A model generated the notes under the pieces. That model had not been told where the DNA came from and did no database searches. It saw only the letters and a list, made by a program, of their open reading frames with translations. A stretch of 24,000 bases of DNA from Pyrinomonadaceae bacterium (GTDB lineage Bacteria; Acidobacteriota; Blastocatellia; Pyrinomonadales; Pyrinomonadaceae), in the NCBI GenBank assembly GCA_963700165.1, contig OY969475.1:2489969-2513968 (forward strand). The letters are read 5' to 3'. How positions within the stretch are numbered: the first letter of the stretch is position 1; each line of letters starts with the position of its first letter. Both the position numbers and the translations under genes were made by a program. Below are positions 23,580-24,000 of the stretch, in pieces.

Positions 23580-23752
23580 GGATGGACAGGATAAAGAACA
23601 AGGATGAAGGCGGAAGGATGAAGGCGGAAGGATGACAGGCATGCTATTGAGCCTTAAGTAGCTCATCTCAAATAGCATCTCCTTCATCCTTCATCCTTCC
23701 GCCTTCATCCTTGCTTTCCTATCCTGCTCATCTTGTCCATCCCTGTTTGACT
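23580..23752. repeat. Imperfect long inverted repeat (GGATGAAGG family) downstream of the GT28 gene
   Basis: The left arm ggatggacagg...aaggatgaaggcggaaggatgaagg mirrors the right arm ccttcatccttccgccttcatcctt...gtccatcc. Arms are ~75 nt with indels. It sits between convergent genes. Confidence 0.75.
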
Positions 23753-23758
23753 CTCTTC

Positions 23759-24000
23759 TTATCGCGGAATCTTGTTTGAATGCTGGTAGACGCCGAGTTG
23801 CCTGTCGTGCATCCTTGAGAACAAAGCAAGAATGATAATTGCGCCGACGAGCGCGAGAAACATGTCCCAGTGCGAATCCCAGATGTCGCCCTGCGTGCCC
23901 AAAAAGGCGTCGCCCAAATCAGGCCACACCAGTTTTGCCACCCACCACTCTATGAACTCGTAGAACGCGCCGATGGCAAGCACGATTGAAGCCGTGATAA
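23759..24000 (-). CDS. DUF2238/YjdF-like inner-membrane protein, N-terminal part lies beyond the window
   Basis: GAFYEFIEWW....FLGTQGDIWDSHWDM motif. The reading frame stays open upstream of the listed GTG to nt 24000. Confidence 0.6.
   Translation of the reverse strand, partial: ITASIVLAIGAFYEFIEWWVAKLVWPDLGDAFLGTQGDIWDSHWDMFLALVGAIIILALFSRMHDRQLGVYQHSNKIPR

Overview
GC-rich bacterial chromosomal segment. The gene content (lipid A genes, an SBBP/FG-GAP secreted protein, a Tes-like radical SAM enzyme) suggests a Gram-negative organism, possibly Acidobacteriota; that assignment is low-confidence inference. I support 17 protein-coding genes (two cut by the window edges), one tRNA-Gln(CUG), and many non-coding palindromic or MITE-like repeats. 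Housekeeping envelope genes are present: lpxB, lpxA-lpxD and a GT28 MGDG-synthase-like glycosyltransferase. Interleaved with them are several NLR-like or conflict-system-like genes: (i) a single-gene TIR-NB-ARC-TPR STAND protein (2623-5034); (ii) a Hanks Ser/Thr kinase-TM-WD40 protein with near-identical WD blades (6687-8699); (iii) a co-directional pair of a stand-alone SIR2-like (SIR2_2-type) protein (14084-15025) and an nSTAND-type P-loop NTPase with a hydrophobic helix and WD40 repeats (10996-13755). The SIR2 + STAND-WD40 pair and the TIR-STAND gene are my best candidates for an uncharacterised NAD+-targeting immune or conflict system. A second notable locus (15551-19919) holds a 672-aa COG1964/Tes/GDGT-MAS-like radical SAM enzyme, a secreted protein and a second radical SAM/SPASM-like enzyme; it may make membrane-spanning lipids. 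A tRNA-Gln is followed by an HNH nuclease ORF and a degenerate tRNA 3'-end-like fragment, which looks like an integration scar. At least four families of inverted-repeat elements fill the intergenic regions, and two of them supply the stop codons of the adjacent genes. All domain calls come from motifs read by eye in the supplied translations; no database search was run.
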